Part shown: positions 7,513 through 15,147 of the stretch, one piece after another
How positions within the stretch are numbered: position 1 is the first letter of the stretch
Layout: every line of letters begins with the position of its first letter
Virus record (IMG/VR): IMGVR_UViG_3300042923_000692
Coordinates: 1-26,708 of that record
Direction: 5' to 3' (one strand)
Length of the DNA: 26,708 nucleotides
From: a virus
Taxonomy: Duplodnaviria; Heunggongvirae; Uroviricota; Caudoviricetes
Position numbers and translations under genes: made by a program
The notes under the pieces: generated by a model
Databases searched by the model: none
What the model was told of the DNA's origin: nothing
Seen by the model: only the letters and a program-made list of their open reading frames with translations

Positions 7513-7539
7513 AAAAGAGAAAGGCCCAGGTTAGGGCCC
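7511..7539 (-). terminator. Cassette-boundary terminator fused to promoter
   Basis: GGGCCC-TAACCT-GGGCC-TTTCTCTTTTT running directly into TCGC. Confidence 0.65.
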
Positions 7540-7545
7540 GGCTCT

Positions 7546-7755
7546 TTACAGAGTGATGGGGATTTCGATCAGTTCAAAGCTGAACTTGGGCGGGACGCCG
7601 ATGAATTTGTCTGGTCCGAATCCGTCGGTGGGACTGAGCCACAGCAGCACCTTCTCCTGTTCGTTGTCGAATGTGGAGTTGATGACGTGGTGGGTCTCAC
7701 CTTGGAATCGGATGGTGTTCATCCAAACGACGTCCTGAGCTTCAACATGTTTCAT
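7546..7755 (-). CDS. Hypothetical cassette protein (69 aa)
   Basis: RBS GAAAGGA; flanked by promoter and terminator. Confidence 0.72.
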   Translation of the reverse strand: MKHVEAQDVVWMNTIRFQGETHHVINSTFDNEQEKVLLWLSPTDGFGPDKFIGVPPKFSFELIEIPITL

Positions 7756-7772
7756 GATTGATGTCCTTTCGG

Positions 7773-7804
7773 GGGTGTCGTTATAGCACTTGTGAAATGT
7801 GCGA
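7773..7804 (-). promoter_or_regulatory. Conserved phage promoter (class A)
   Basis: TCGC-ACATTTCACAAGTGC-TATAAC-GACACCC. Confidence 0.78.
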
Positions 7805-7834
7805 AAAAGAGAAAGGCCCGCAGTTAATGCGAGC
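7803..7834 (-). terminator. Cassette-boundary terminator
   Basis: GCTCGC-ATTAACT-GCGGGC-CTTTCTCTTTTT. Confidence 0.7.
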
Positions 7835-7842
7835 GAAACTCT

Positions 7843-7983
7843 TTACTTCTTGGGCTTGTAACCTTTACCGTTGAATGCGACGTCGAAGGCGTGCTGCGTG
7901 ATCGCCTTGATTCCGATGGTCGCGCCGATGGTGGCAGCGACGGTGACGGGGATGGCGATGGCAAGAGCCTGCTTGGTGTTCAT
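7843..7983 (-). CDS. 46-aa membrane cassette protein (not in track)
   Basis: MNTKQALAIAIPVTVAATIGATIGIKAITQHAFDVAFNGKGYKPKK; RBS AAAGGA. Confidence 0.75.
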   Translation of the reverse strand: MNTKQALAIAIPVTVAATIGATIGIKAITQHAFDVAFNGKGYKPKK

Positions 7984-8008
7984 TTCAATTCCTTTGGTTG
8001 TGTGCTTG

Positions 8009-8040
8009 GGGTGTCATTATAGGCCCTGTGATTCGTGCGA
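8009..8040 (-). promoter_or_regulatory. Conserved phage promoter (class A)
   Basis: TCGC-ACGAATCACAGGGCC-TATAAT-GACACCC. Confidence 0.8.
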
Positions 8041-8070
8041 AAAAGAGAAAGGCCCGCTAGATATGCGAGC
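8040..8070 (-). terminator. Cassette-boundary terminator
   Basis: GCTCGC-ATATCTA-GCGGGC-CTTTCTCTTTTT. Confidence 0.7.
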
Positions 8071-8079
8071 GATCCTCTT

Positions 8080-8379
8080 TTACTGCTTTGCCGTGAGGAT
8101 GTACTTGGGTCCGGCGAAAGACCGCTTCCATACGAGTTCAGCGTCGTAGTGCTTGGCGACTTCCTCAGGGGACAAGACGTAGTACATTTCGATCGTCGAC
8201 AGATACGGCCGAGGACCAGGGACTATCGAGTCAACGCTGATGTTGACGTATGTGATGTAGTCCCCGACTTTCGGGGTTCTGTTGTGATGCCTGTGTACCA
8301 AGATCTTGGGATCCTGGAGGAAGTTCGTCCAGTACTCGAGGCTGTTTCGCGTGACGCGGTGTGCTTCGGGCTTGAACAT
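8080..8379 (-). CDS. Hypothetical cassette protein (99 aa)
   Basis: RBS AAGGAG; own promoter and terminator. Confidence 0.75.
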   Translation of the reverse strand: MFKPEAHRVTRNSLEYWTNFLQDPKILVHRHHNRTPKVGDYITYVNISVDSIVPGPRPYLSTIEMYYVLSPEEVAKHYDAELVWKRSFAGPKYILTAKQ

Positions 8380-8402
8380 TGGGTCTCCTTGGTAGGTAAA
8401 GT

Positions 8403-8434
8403 GGGTGTCACTATAGCCCTTGTGATATATGCGA
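8403..8434 (-). promoter_or_regulatory. Conserved phage promoter (class A)
   Basis: TCGC-ATATATCACAAGGGC-TATAGT-GACACCC. Confidence 0.78.
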
Positions 8435-8468
8435 AAAACAGAAAGGCCCGCGGATTAGGCGAGCTTTT
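8433..8468 (-). terminator. Cassette-boundary terminator
   Basis: AAAAGCTCGC-CTAATCC-GCGGGCCTTT-CTGTTTTT. Confidence 0.7.
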
Positions 8469-8473
8469 CTGAT

Positions 8474-8704
8474 CTACTTCTTCTTGCTGGTGAGCTTCTT
8501 CCAGAGGGGTCGGTCGGCGAGGATACGCTGGTGACGGGCTTCGTAGCAGATCTTCGTGATCAGCGTGTAGTTCTCGAGCAGGTCGTCGAACTGGTCCGTG
8601 GTGGTGGACGGGTTCGAGATCGCTGCGCGGAACATGTTCGCTGCCAGAGTCATTGCTGCCTGCTCGTCTTGAGTGTAAGGCGCAACCTTCTTCTTGTTGG
8701 GCAT
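8474..8704 (-). CDS. Hypothetical cassette protein (76 aa, helical, basic termini)
   Basis: RBS GAAAGGA; own promoter and terminator. Confidence 0.75.
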   Translation of the reverse strand: MPNKKKVAPYTQDEQAAMTLAANMFRAAISNPSTTTDQFDDLLENYTLITKICYEARHQRILADRPLWKKLTSKKK

Positions 8705-8723
8705 GATGCTTTCCTTTCAGAGG

Positions 8724-8755
8724 GGGTGTCATTATAGGAGCTGTGATTCTTGCGA
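8724..8755 (-). promoter_or_regulatory. Conserved phage promoter (class A)
   Basis: TCGC-AAGAATCACAGCTCC-TATAAT-GACACCC. Confidence 0.8.
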
Positions 8756-8777
8756 AAAAGAAAGGCTCCGAAGAGCC
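8754..8777 (-). terminator. Cassette-boundary terminator with UUCG tetraloop
   Basis: GGCTC-TTCG-GAGCC-TTTCTTTTT. Confidence 0.78.
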
Positions 8778-8783
8778 CCTCTC

Positions 8784-9035
8784 TTACTTCCGGAAAAGCT
8801 TCTTCCAGAATGGCTTGGGGGGATTGCTCCTGTACTCTTGGATGCGCACGATCTTCTCATCCAACCACTCGATGTCGTCCAGATATTCGTTGTACTCACG
8901 AAGCTGTTCGTCAGTCGGGTCGACGTCATTAGCTTTGAGTACCGCGAAGATCTCTTCGTGTGCCTCGGTGGCGCGGATGAGGAGAGACATGCGTTCGATC
9001 AAGAGTTGGAGGTGTTTTTCCTTCTTGCCAAACAT
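8784..9035 (-). CDS. Hypothetical coiled-coil cassette protein (83 aa)
   Basis: Start reassigned to ATG 9035 (RBS GAAAGGA): MFGKKEKHLQLLIERM... Confidence 0.75.
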   Translation of the reverse strand: MFGKKEKHLQLLIERMSLLIRATEAHEEIFAVLKANDVDPTDEQLREYNEYLDDIEWLDEKIVRIQEYRSNPPKPFWKKLFRK

Positions 9036-9052
9036 AGATGTTTCCTTTCTAG

Positions 9053-9084
9053 GGGTGTCATTATATACCTTGTGATATGCGCGA
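9053..9084 (-). promoter_or_regulatory. Conserved phage promoter (class A)
   Basis: TCGC-GCATATCACAAGGTA-TATAAT-GACACCC. Confidence 0.8.
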
Positions 9085-9131
9085 AAAAGGGAAAGCCCCT
9101 GCCAGATCCGCGAAGACCTGGCAGGGGCTTT
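9083..9131 (-). terminator. Strong terminator ending the long operon
   Basis: Perfect 14-bp IR AAAGCCCCTGCCAG (9092-9105) / CTGGCAGGGGCTTT (9118-9131) plus U-tract. Confidence 0.8.
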
Positions 9132-9133
9132 AC

Positions 9134-9352
9134 TCACTCGTCGACCATGTCGACCTGTCGGTTGGGGTAGTGAGCCTGTCCACGGACATATCCACTAACC
9201 TGAGGACGCTTATGCACCGAGAACGAACTGTCGATGCTGTAGTTCGTGTCGTTGGCGGCCTTCTCGAGCTCGAGGATCTTTCCGACAGCCTTCTTCAGCT
9301 TCTTCTCGAGCTTGGGGTCGACACTCTGGACGTTGATGGTGAGGTTGATCAT
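9134..9352 (-). CDS. Hypothetical protein (72 aa)
   Basis: RBS TAAGGAG. Confidence 0.7.
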   Translation of the reverse strand: MINLTINVQSVDPKLEKKLKKAVGKILELEKAANDTNYSIDSSFSVHKRPQVSGYVRGQAHYPNRQVDMVDE

Positions 9353-9364
9353 CGGTTCTTCTCC

Positions 9365-9538
9365 TTAGTCGGTGGTGTAACGAGCTACTTCTGCTTCATT
9401 GAGGACGCGAGCTACTTCCTTGGCGTTCTCAATGCTGATCGCATCTTCGATGAAGTTGAACCAATATCCATCGTCATCGATCTGAATTACCTTGTACTTA
9501 CCAGTGGCACTGTCGTAATATGCCGCGTACTGACGCAC
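9365..9538 (-). CDS. Hypothetical protein (57 aa; not in track)
   Basis: RBS TAGGAG + GTG: MRQYAAYYDSATGKYKVIQIDDDGYWFNFIEDAISIENAKEVARVLNEAEVARYTTD; fills the operon gap. Confidence 0.7.
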   Translation of the reverse strand: MRQYAAYYDSATGKYKVIQIDDDGYWFNFIEDAISIENAKEVARVLNEAEVARYTTD

Positions 9539-9545
9539 GGTTCTC

Positions 9546-9734
9546 CTATCGGGCCTTCATCATGGGAAGGAAGTCGAGAATGGCTTTACGATCGGTGAGG
9601 TCCATATCCACGCTCGTGTTGTTTCCTTCCTCGTCATAGACAATCATCTCCACATGATTATCTACGGTCTGGAACAATACCTTTCCGCGACTGACTGGAA
9701 TCTCGACCACATATGGTCTACGCGAACCAGCCAT
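9546..9734 (-). CDS. Hypothetical protein (62 aa)
   Basis: TAATG overlap with Nampt-like stop. Confidence 0.65.
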   Translation of the reverse strand: MAGSRRPYVVEIPVSRGKVLFQTVDNHVEMIVYDEEGNNTSVDMDLTDRKAILDFLPMMKAR

Positions 9735-11227
9735 TACTTCCCCAAGAATGCTCGAGAAGCAGCCAGGTGCTTGCGCACATCAGCCAGCGACTGGTACTGA
9801 AGGAACTTCCCATTCTCCCACACCGGCTGAAGAACAGAGTTAGCCTCATCCTCGGGCGTGGCCTTCTCCACCAGACGCAGGCTACCCTGTCCATCGGGAA
9901 GGACAGCCAGACGTCCGGTCGCGCTCTTCTTGAGCCCACTGTCGGTCACAGGGGACTTCTGAATATCACGCCCAACACCCAGAATGTCCACCCAGGTAGC
10001 CTTCATGGCACTACCGAAGGTGTCACGCGTGATGTACTGGTAGCTGTACGAGCCCACGCCGAACACCACGTTGCCAGAGGCAAAGCCCTTCAGTGCGAGA
10101 CGAGACGTGATCTGGGCCGCCCGATCGAGTGTGATCGAGTCACCATAGATGGCACCGATATGCGAGTCCAGCTCCATGTAGCCGAGATCGTTGATCGTTC
10201 CACCGAACTCCTCCCACAACAGCTGGACGACACCCTTCTCGGACGGCGTAGCGTAGTCTTCGCCCCAACCGACAACGGTACCGCACAGGATATCCACAGG
10301 ATCGCCCGAGTCAGGACGGATGACTACCTTTCCTTCGCGAGCCATGATCTTCTCGCTCAGCTGAGGAAGGATCTCAGTGATAACCTTCCACAGGTCCCAG
10401 GTATCCGAGACGATGCTGACGATGCCAGAAGGATACAGATCCAGAAGGCGATCGTAAGTACCGAACTCGTCATCCATTCCACCAGCACACATGACCGAGT
10501 GCTCAGTGGCTGCGACGGACGCCAGCACAAGACCGTTGTCGCCGGCGTAGAACCGACGCGCATAGTCGAAGCAGGGCAGCGTGTCCGATCCCTTGAAGCT
10601 CAGCAGGTGACCGAGACCCGAGATAGCCGCGGCCTCAGTACCGACCTGCCCACGATATGAGAAGTCGTGCAGCTGGAAATCGACAGCTTCGAAAGGAGTT
10701 CCCGTGAGAGCAGCAGCATTCTCAAGCACCGTACGATATGTGCTCGCGATCGTCGCTACCGTCGAGGGGTGCCACACGTGTGCACTCACGACAGTCTCGA
10801 TGAAATTCGTCAGCCAGAAGAACTCGGGAAGGGTGTTCTCGATGGTGAAGCTAGGTACTCGTAGAGGGACCAATGTACCTTCGGGAACTGCCGAGAAGCG
10901 GAGCGGAAGGAATCCGAGTCGGTGAAGGGCCCGGATATGTTCTTCTCCGACCTCGTTCGGTCCGATGATGTTGACGATGGCGTCCTTGTAGAGCTCAGCC
11001 ACCTCGTCTTCGGATGCCGCGAAGAACGGCTCGAAAGCTTCGATGCAGTAGCTCTGGAGGAAGGCCTGGAGTCCGAAGTGGACAACATGATCAATACCCT
11101 CGATTCGAGATCCTCGGTTGGTGTAGTTGGAGTAAACGGCCTTGGTTCCGTCCGGATACTGCCGGCGGTGATCGATCTTGTATGCGTCGGTCTGAAGAAG
11201 AGGGAAGATGGGACTAGCGAGGGTCAC
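9734..11227 (-). CDS. nadV: Nicotinamide phosphoribosyltransferase family protein (Nampt; likely NARP1 Namat)
   Basis: TDAYKIDH, HDFSYRG, ATEHSVM, SIVSDTWD, VIRPDSGDP, IYGDSIT, FGVGSY and KKSATG motifs. Confidence 0.92.
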   Translation of the reverse strand: MTLASPIFPLLQTDAYKIDHRRQYPDGTKAVYSNYTNRGSRIEGIDHVVHFGLQAFLQSYCIEAFEPFFAASEDEVAELYKDAIVNIIGPNEVGEEHIRALHRLGFLPLRFSAVPEGTLVPLRVPSFTIENTLPEFFWLTNFIETVVSAHVWHPSTVATIASTYRTVLENAAALTGTPFEAVDFQLHDFSYRGQVGTEAAAISGLGHLLSFKGSDTLPCFDYARRFYAGDNGLVLASVAATEHSVMCAGGMDDEFGTYDRLLDLYPSGIVSIVSDTWDLWKVITEILPQLSEKIMAREGKVVIRPDSGDPVDILCGTVVGWGEDYATPSEKGVVQLLWEEFGGTINDLGYMELDSHIGAIYGDSITLDRAAQITSRLALKGFASGNVVFGVGSYSYQYITRDTFGSAMKATWVDILGVGRDIQKSPVTDSGLKKSATGRLAVLPDGQGSLRLVEKATPEDEANSVLQPVWENGKFLQYQSLADVRKHLAASRAFLGK

Positions 11228-12114
11228 TTGATATATCCGTTCATGGTTGCAGCGAGTGGGATGATGTTTGCTCGGCTCGGATTGATGAGCTGAGACTTGG
11301 CGCGAACGATGAATGCGTCTGCCGAATGGAGAGAATCTGTCGTCCAGATCTCGTCATAGTAAGCAAACAGGTTGCTGGCGTTTCCGGAGAATACACCGTG
11401 TGAGACGTAGAGTCCGAGACGCTCCATGGGGAGACCTGTTGCCTCAGCCAATCCCATGAAGGTGCCTCCACCATCACAGATATCGTCCACCACGAGGAGT
11501 TTGCCCTCGTCCGGAAGACCTCGACAGGTGAACTCAGAAAGCTTGCCGGTGTCCTTATCCCTATGTTTCTCCGCCAGATACAACGGCAGATGACATGCGT
11601 CGGACACGGCCCGAGCCCTAGCAATCGCACCCTTATCCGGAGCGATAATTCCCTGATAACGCTGAGGATGCTCGTCGTCATCCTTGCCTACGACATGCTG
11701 TCTCACCAGACGAGTCGAGTCGATGGCTGTGCAGTTGTTCAGAAGTGACGGCATGACGGGGCTGTGCGGATCGAAGCAAATAACCTGATCGATAATCATC
11801 TCATTGACGAATCTCGCATAGACCTCCGCTCCTCGGGGGACGAAGTCCGAGTGATCTGCTCGAGCACCTGGCAGATATGGCATGAGAAGAATCGTCTTCT
11901 CCTCACGACGCCAGCATGCATCCGCCCACATTGCGACCGTCATTAGGTCATTTGCGTCGGCGGAGTCAATCCTGGCGATCTGCGTGAGCGGACCCGAGTT
12001 CTCGATCTCCTTGACGATCTTGATGTGGGCTTCGCCGGCAGGGAAATACATCGACTCGAACGTCGGCCCCGGAACGAATCCAGGGCCGACGCGAGTGGTG
12101 AATGTTACGGTCAT
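11224..12114 (-). CDS. prs: Ribose-phosphate pyrophosphokinase family protein (likely NARP1 Adps)
   Basis: FPAGEAHIK, MPYLPGARAD, DPHS, IAPDKGA, VVDDICDGGGTF and SHGVFS; ATGA overlap with the Nampt-like gene. Confidence 0.9.
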   Translation of the reverse strand: MTVTFTTRVGPGFVPGPTFESMYFPAGEAHIKIVKEIENSGPLTQIARIDSADANDLMTVAMWADACWRREEKTILLMPYLPGARADHSDFVPRGAEVYARFVNEMIIDQVICFDPHSPVMPSLLNNCTAIDSTRLVRQHVVGKDDDEHPQRYQGIIAPDKGAIARARAVSDACHLPLYLAEKHRDKDTGKLSEFTCRGLPDEGKLLVVDDICDGGGTFMGLAEATGLPMERLGLYVSHGVFSGNASNLFAYYDEIWTTDSLHSADAFIVRAKSQLINPSRANIIPLAATMNGYIK

Positions 12115-12117
12115 CTA

Positions 12118-12330
12118 TTACCTCCGTATTACTTGATATCCATTGTCTTTTAGGTACTGGCTGATGGCGTCTACTACACTCCAACTGTAGACATCCGGAT
12201 ACAATCGGGTGGCCATCGGTATCTTGTCGATAGCTTCCTCGACAATAAGGTCCAACGTGTCTTCATCGCGATCGTCCGGTCGACCCAAGGGATATCCATT
12301 GGCCACCGTCGTGTTGTTCGGAGATGCCAT
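12118..12330 (-). CDS. Hypothetical protein (70 aa)
   Basis: Start reassigned to ATG 12330 (RBS AGGAGG). Confidence 0.65.
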   Translation of the reverse strand: MASPNNTTVANGYPLGRPDDRDEDTLDLIVEEAIDKIPMATRLYPDVYSWSVVDAISQYLKDNGYQVIRR

Positions 12331-12452
12331 CAATCCTCCTCGGATGGTCGCCATTTCGGATACTGCCTGCCGATGCAGACCATGCCATCGTCCCCCAACT
12401 CGTGTTCGTCGTGAGGCTCGTCGTCTTCGCAGTTGGTGTAAGTGATCTCCAT
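12330..12452 (-). CDS. 40-aa C-H-H-C peptide (not in track)
   Basis: MEITYTNCEDDEPHDEHELGDDGMVCIGRQYPKWRPSEED; TGATG overlaps at both ends. Confidence 0.65.
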   Translation of the reverse strand: MEITYTNCEDDEPHDEHELGDDGMVCIGRQYPKWRPSEED

Positions 12453-12877
12453 CAGATATCGAGATTGAGCATGCGAGGGAAGGTGATGCGAAATCCCCCG
12501 TCATGGAGGTGATGAGTGACGGCCCATACCGACAAATCGGCCCATCCATGTTTCATGTCCTGGAATTCACTCGGTAGGGACAGAAGCGTCTTGAGATCTG
12601 CAACCGTCGCATAACCGTAATTCGCGATCTGTCCCGAGAGCCCATGGATGATCATTTCGGCATCTCTACGAGTTTTGTAGATATGAGTGAAGGGGTCCGG
12701 ATTCTCGTCATCCTCGTCATCATCAACCTCGATCGCATCCCTGATGCTTCGGACAAAGGCGCCGTTCTTTGGATTGCGGGAAAAGAACTCGCGAACCGTA
12801 TCTTCGATTCGCTTGTTGAGCTCGTCGTAGTAGACCTCGTCGTTACTTGGGGAAGTGATCTTGATTTCGAAACCCAC
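12452..12877 (-). CDS. Conserved 1706-like phage protein (TRRDAE...YGYATVADL...GW)
   Basis: Motif pattern recalled from this lineage; GTG start with RBS AAGGAG. Confidence 0.7.
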   Translation of the reverse strand: MGFEIKITSPSNDEVYYDELNKRIEDTVREFFSRNPKNGAFVRSIRDAIEVDDDEDDENPDPFTHIYKTRRDAEMIIHGLSGQIANYGYATVADLKTLLSLPSEFQDMKHGWADLSVWAVTHHLHDGGFRITFPRMLNLDI

Positions 12878-12896
12878 GGTTTGTCTCCTTGTCGAT

Positions 12897-13496
12897 TTAT
12901 GATTGGGCGTCGAGGACGGGCGAGTATCCCTCTATCCAAGCAGAGATCTCGCCCTCCCCGATCAGTCTTCGTCTGGCGTCCCAGGACACACAGAACTGAG
13001 ACGTGTCGCCATTGAGATGCACATCGTCATGATGAGTGTGGCCGTGGATCAGAGGCAGACCCATGTCCTGCAGTCGGTACTCATGGTAGCGAGAGGTGGT
13101 TCGGTTTCCATCTCCACTCCTGCTGTACGGGTAGTGAGACATCAGAACCTGACGCCCACCGATGCGAATCCTACCGAACTGCTGAATCGAGTTGAATACA
13201 CGCAGCCACTCCTTCTGCTTCTTGTAGCCATCCCTGTGGATCGAGCTCGCACCATCGTGATTTCCTGCGATGAGCTCCAGGCTGGCTGGAACCTCGCTAA
13301 GGAGGGCGAGCGCCATCTTCTCCTCCTCGGGACGTCCGGAGGAGATATCGCCCAGAACCCAAAGTTGGTCCTGAGCGGTAAGCTTCATCAACTGACTCAT
13401 CAGATGGTCGTTATGCGCCTCGACACTTGCGAATCCTCGAATAACGGACACACGCAAATGCCAGAGGTGCAAGTCAGCTATCCAGTACCTGGTCAT
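12897..13496 (-). CDS. Calcineurin-like metallophosphoesterase
   Basis: ADLHLWH, LGDIS, GNHD, SHYPY, IHGHTH; start at ATGA overlap 13496. Confidence 0.88.
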   Translation of the reverse strand: MTRYWIADLHLWHLRVSVIRGFASVEAHNDHLMSQLMKLTAQDQLWVLGDISSGRPEEEKMALALLSEVPASLELIAGNHDGASSIHRDGYKKQKEWLRVFNSIQQFGRIRIGGRQVLMSHYPYSRSGDGNRTTSRYHEYRLQDMGLPLIHGHTHHDDVHLNGDTSQFCVSWDARRRLIGEGEISAWIEGYSPVLDAQS

Positions 13497-14338
13497 CCTT
13501 CTCCTTTCCACGTCCTTAGTTCGAGCTTCAGTCCTGCAGCACCCAACACCCTTGAAAGAGTGCGGATGTCCATGTCGAGAATATCCTCGAGGTCGAGCGT
13601 CCAGCTATCACGATCATCGATGAAGCTGATGTGCTCGACGTCCTGAGGATCCGGCTCGATGTAGATGCTTACCGACTCGGAGTCGACCTTCGTGATGTCG
13701 ACATGCGGGCGAGTCAGCAAACCCTCGGTTCGAGTCTCGACGAGATCCCCCTCGTATGGAGGAAGGCCGGCACGAGACGAATTCGCCATGGCCTCGGCGA
13801 TACCCACCACGTGCTCGGAATGGTCGATTTCTTCGTCCTTCTCCTTGCGCTTGGCCACCTGCTCGAGACGCTTTGCTCGATTTGGCGACACATAACCGTG
13901 GATCGCCTGTCGGTGTCGACCAAGTGCGCTCGCCCTAAAGAACGTCTTGTTGCAGTCTGGACACTTGATCATGCCCTCATGCTCGACATCGATATGGACG
14001 TTGAGCGCCTCTTCGGTAGCAAACGCCTTGGGACATCCGGGCCTCGGGCACGAATGCTTCTGAATGACGGTCTTGACTTTCACCGGGACCACCTCTTCCT
14101 TACCTTGCGCTTTGTTGTAACGCCTAAGATCCTCGGAGAGGTACTTAGCGCTACTGGGGTTTCGGCTAGCCCCCAATCGGGTCTCGCCGTCTGGCGCAAG
14201 AAGCATGACATGGTTTTTGCTCGAGCGTTGTGCTCGCCAGCCATCCTTCTGCATTTCGAGAATCAGCTTGATCGTGTCCGCAGGGAAGTCGAGGATATCC
14301 TCCCTTCGAAGCTGCATTGAGTCTCCGATTGCTACCAT
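13493..14338 (-). CDS. HicA-like N-terminal domain fused to two tandem C2H2 zinc fingers
   Basis: GWRAQRSSKNHVMLLAPDG; CPRPGCPKAFATEEALNVHIDVEH; CPDCNKTFFRASALGRHRQAIH; RBS TAAGGAG. Confidence 0.7.
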   Translation of the reverse strand: MVAIGDSMQLRREDILDFPADTIKLILEMQKDGWRAQRSSKNHVMLLAPDGETRLGASRNPSSAKYLSEDLRRYNKAQGKEEVVPVKVKTVIQKHSCPRPGCPKAFATEEALNVHIDVEHEGMIKCPDCNKTFFRASALGRHRQAIHGYVSPNRAKRLEQVAKRKEKDEEIDHSEHVVGIAEAMANSSRAGLPPYEGDLVETRTEGLLTRPHVDITKVDSESVSIYIEPDPQDVEHISFIDDRDSWTLDLEDILDMDIRTLSRVLGAAGLKLELRTWKGEG

Positions 14339-14347
14339 GAGCTCTCC

Positions 14348-14677
14348 TTAGAGTGTCTTTTGTGGTCTGGGGATGCCTTCGACCAGAATGCCGTATCGGT
14401 TGAAGTCGATATCGTAATCGGAATACGTCCCGACGAACAGAAAACCGAAGTCGTACGGGATGAGTCGAAAGAGTTCTTCTTTGGCTTCATCGTAGGCCAA
14501 CTTGACCATGTTAACATACGACGCATTCATGGCGGCTCTGTCGATATACTTCTTGACATACACCACATGCTTGGTTTTGTAGAATAGAAGAGGGCCGATC
14601 GAGAATCCTATTTTGAATCGCTCGAAATAACCGTATCTCTTCATATAACCGAAGCGGAACCTAAGTTTCCAAAGCAT
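14348..14677 (-). CDS. Hypothetical protein
   Basis: RBS TAAGGAG; operon packing. Confidence 0.65.
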   Translation of the reverse strand: MLWKLRFRFGYMKRYGYFERFKIGFSIGPLLFYKTKHVVYVKKYIDRAAMNASYVNMVKLAYDEAKEELFRLIPYDFGFLFVGTYSDYDIDFNRYGILVEGIPRPQKTL

Positions 14678-14689
14678 CAAGTTCTCTCC

Positions 14690-14929
14690 TTAGATTAGGT
14701 ACCTAGTGCATTCGCCGTAATGACCCTGGACACCAGCACATCTCGGCGTGATCATGCAATATGGCAGGTCTTCGTCATCATGAGTCGGTTCCCACTTGAT
14801 TCGATCATCTCGCAGGGTAACCTCGGTGGTTCCATATCCGGGGTTGTAGAACTCCAGACCATGTACCACCATTTGACCGAAAAGAATCTTCCGGATCAGA
14901 TGCAGACGCTTTCGCCACTTCATTTGCAC
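14690..14929 (-). CDS. Hypothetical protein with C-terminal Cys/His motif
   Basis: YCMITPRCAGVQGHYGEC; overlaps upstream gene. Confidence 0.6.
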   Translation of the reverse strand: MQMKWRKRLHLIRKILFGQMVVHGLEFYNPGYGTTEVTLRDDRIKWEPTHDDEDLPYCMITPRCAGVQGHYGECTRYLI

Positions 14930-15147
14930 ATCACCATCACTGCCTCGAGTTTCCTCTTGATATCACTCTTAAGCGACAGAATCCTTTCCGTGTTAACTGC
15001 TGTCTCAGCCATCAACCCCTCCCGATATACGACGGGAATGGGGTAGTGCGATGCGAGGATGGTCTCGTTCTCGCGATTCCGCTTCTCGAGAATCTCGATC
15101 GAGCGATATCTCTTCTGAAGATAGTCGTAAAGCTCGTCGGTAATCAT
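14920..15147 (-). CDS. Hypothetical protein (75 aa)
   Basis: ATGA overlap. Confidence 0.62.
   Translation of the reverse strand: MITDELYDYLQKRYRSIEILEKRNRENETILASHYPIPVVYREGLMAETAVNTERILSLKSDIKRKLEAVMVMCK

Noticed and set aside
7481-9084. Regularly recurring ~30-60-bp repeats as a CRISPR array
   Set aside because: The intervening sequences are 200-400-bp genes with RBSs, spacing is irregular, the repeats are promoter/terminator elements, and there is no cas operon
9734-12114. NARP2 or an ordinary host-derived NAD salvage operon
   Set aside because: NARP2 needs Nampt + Nmnat, and no Nmnat is seen in the window; the Prs+Nampt pairing fits NARP1 better, although an Nmnat elsewhere in the genome cannot be excluded
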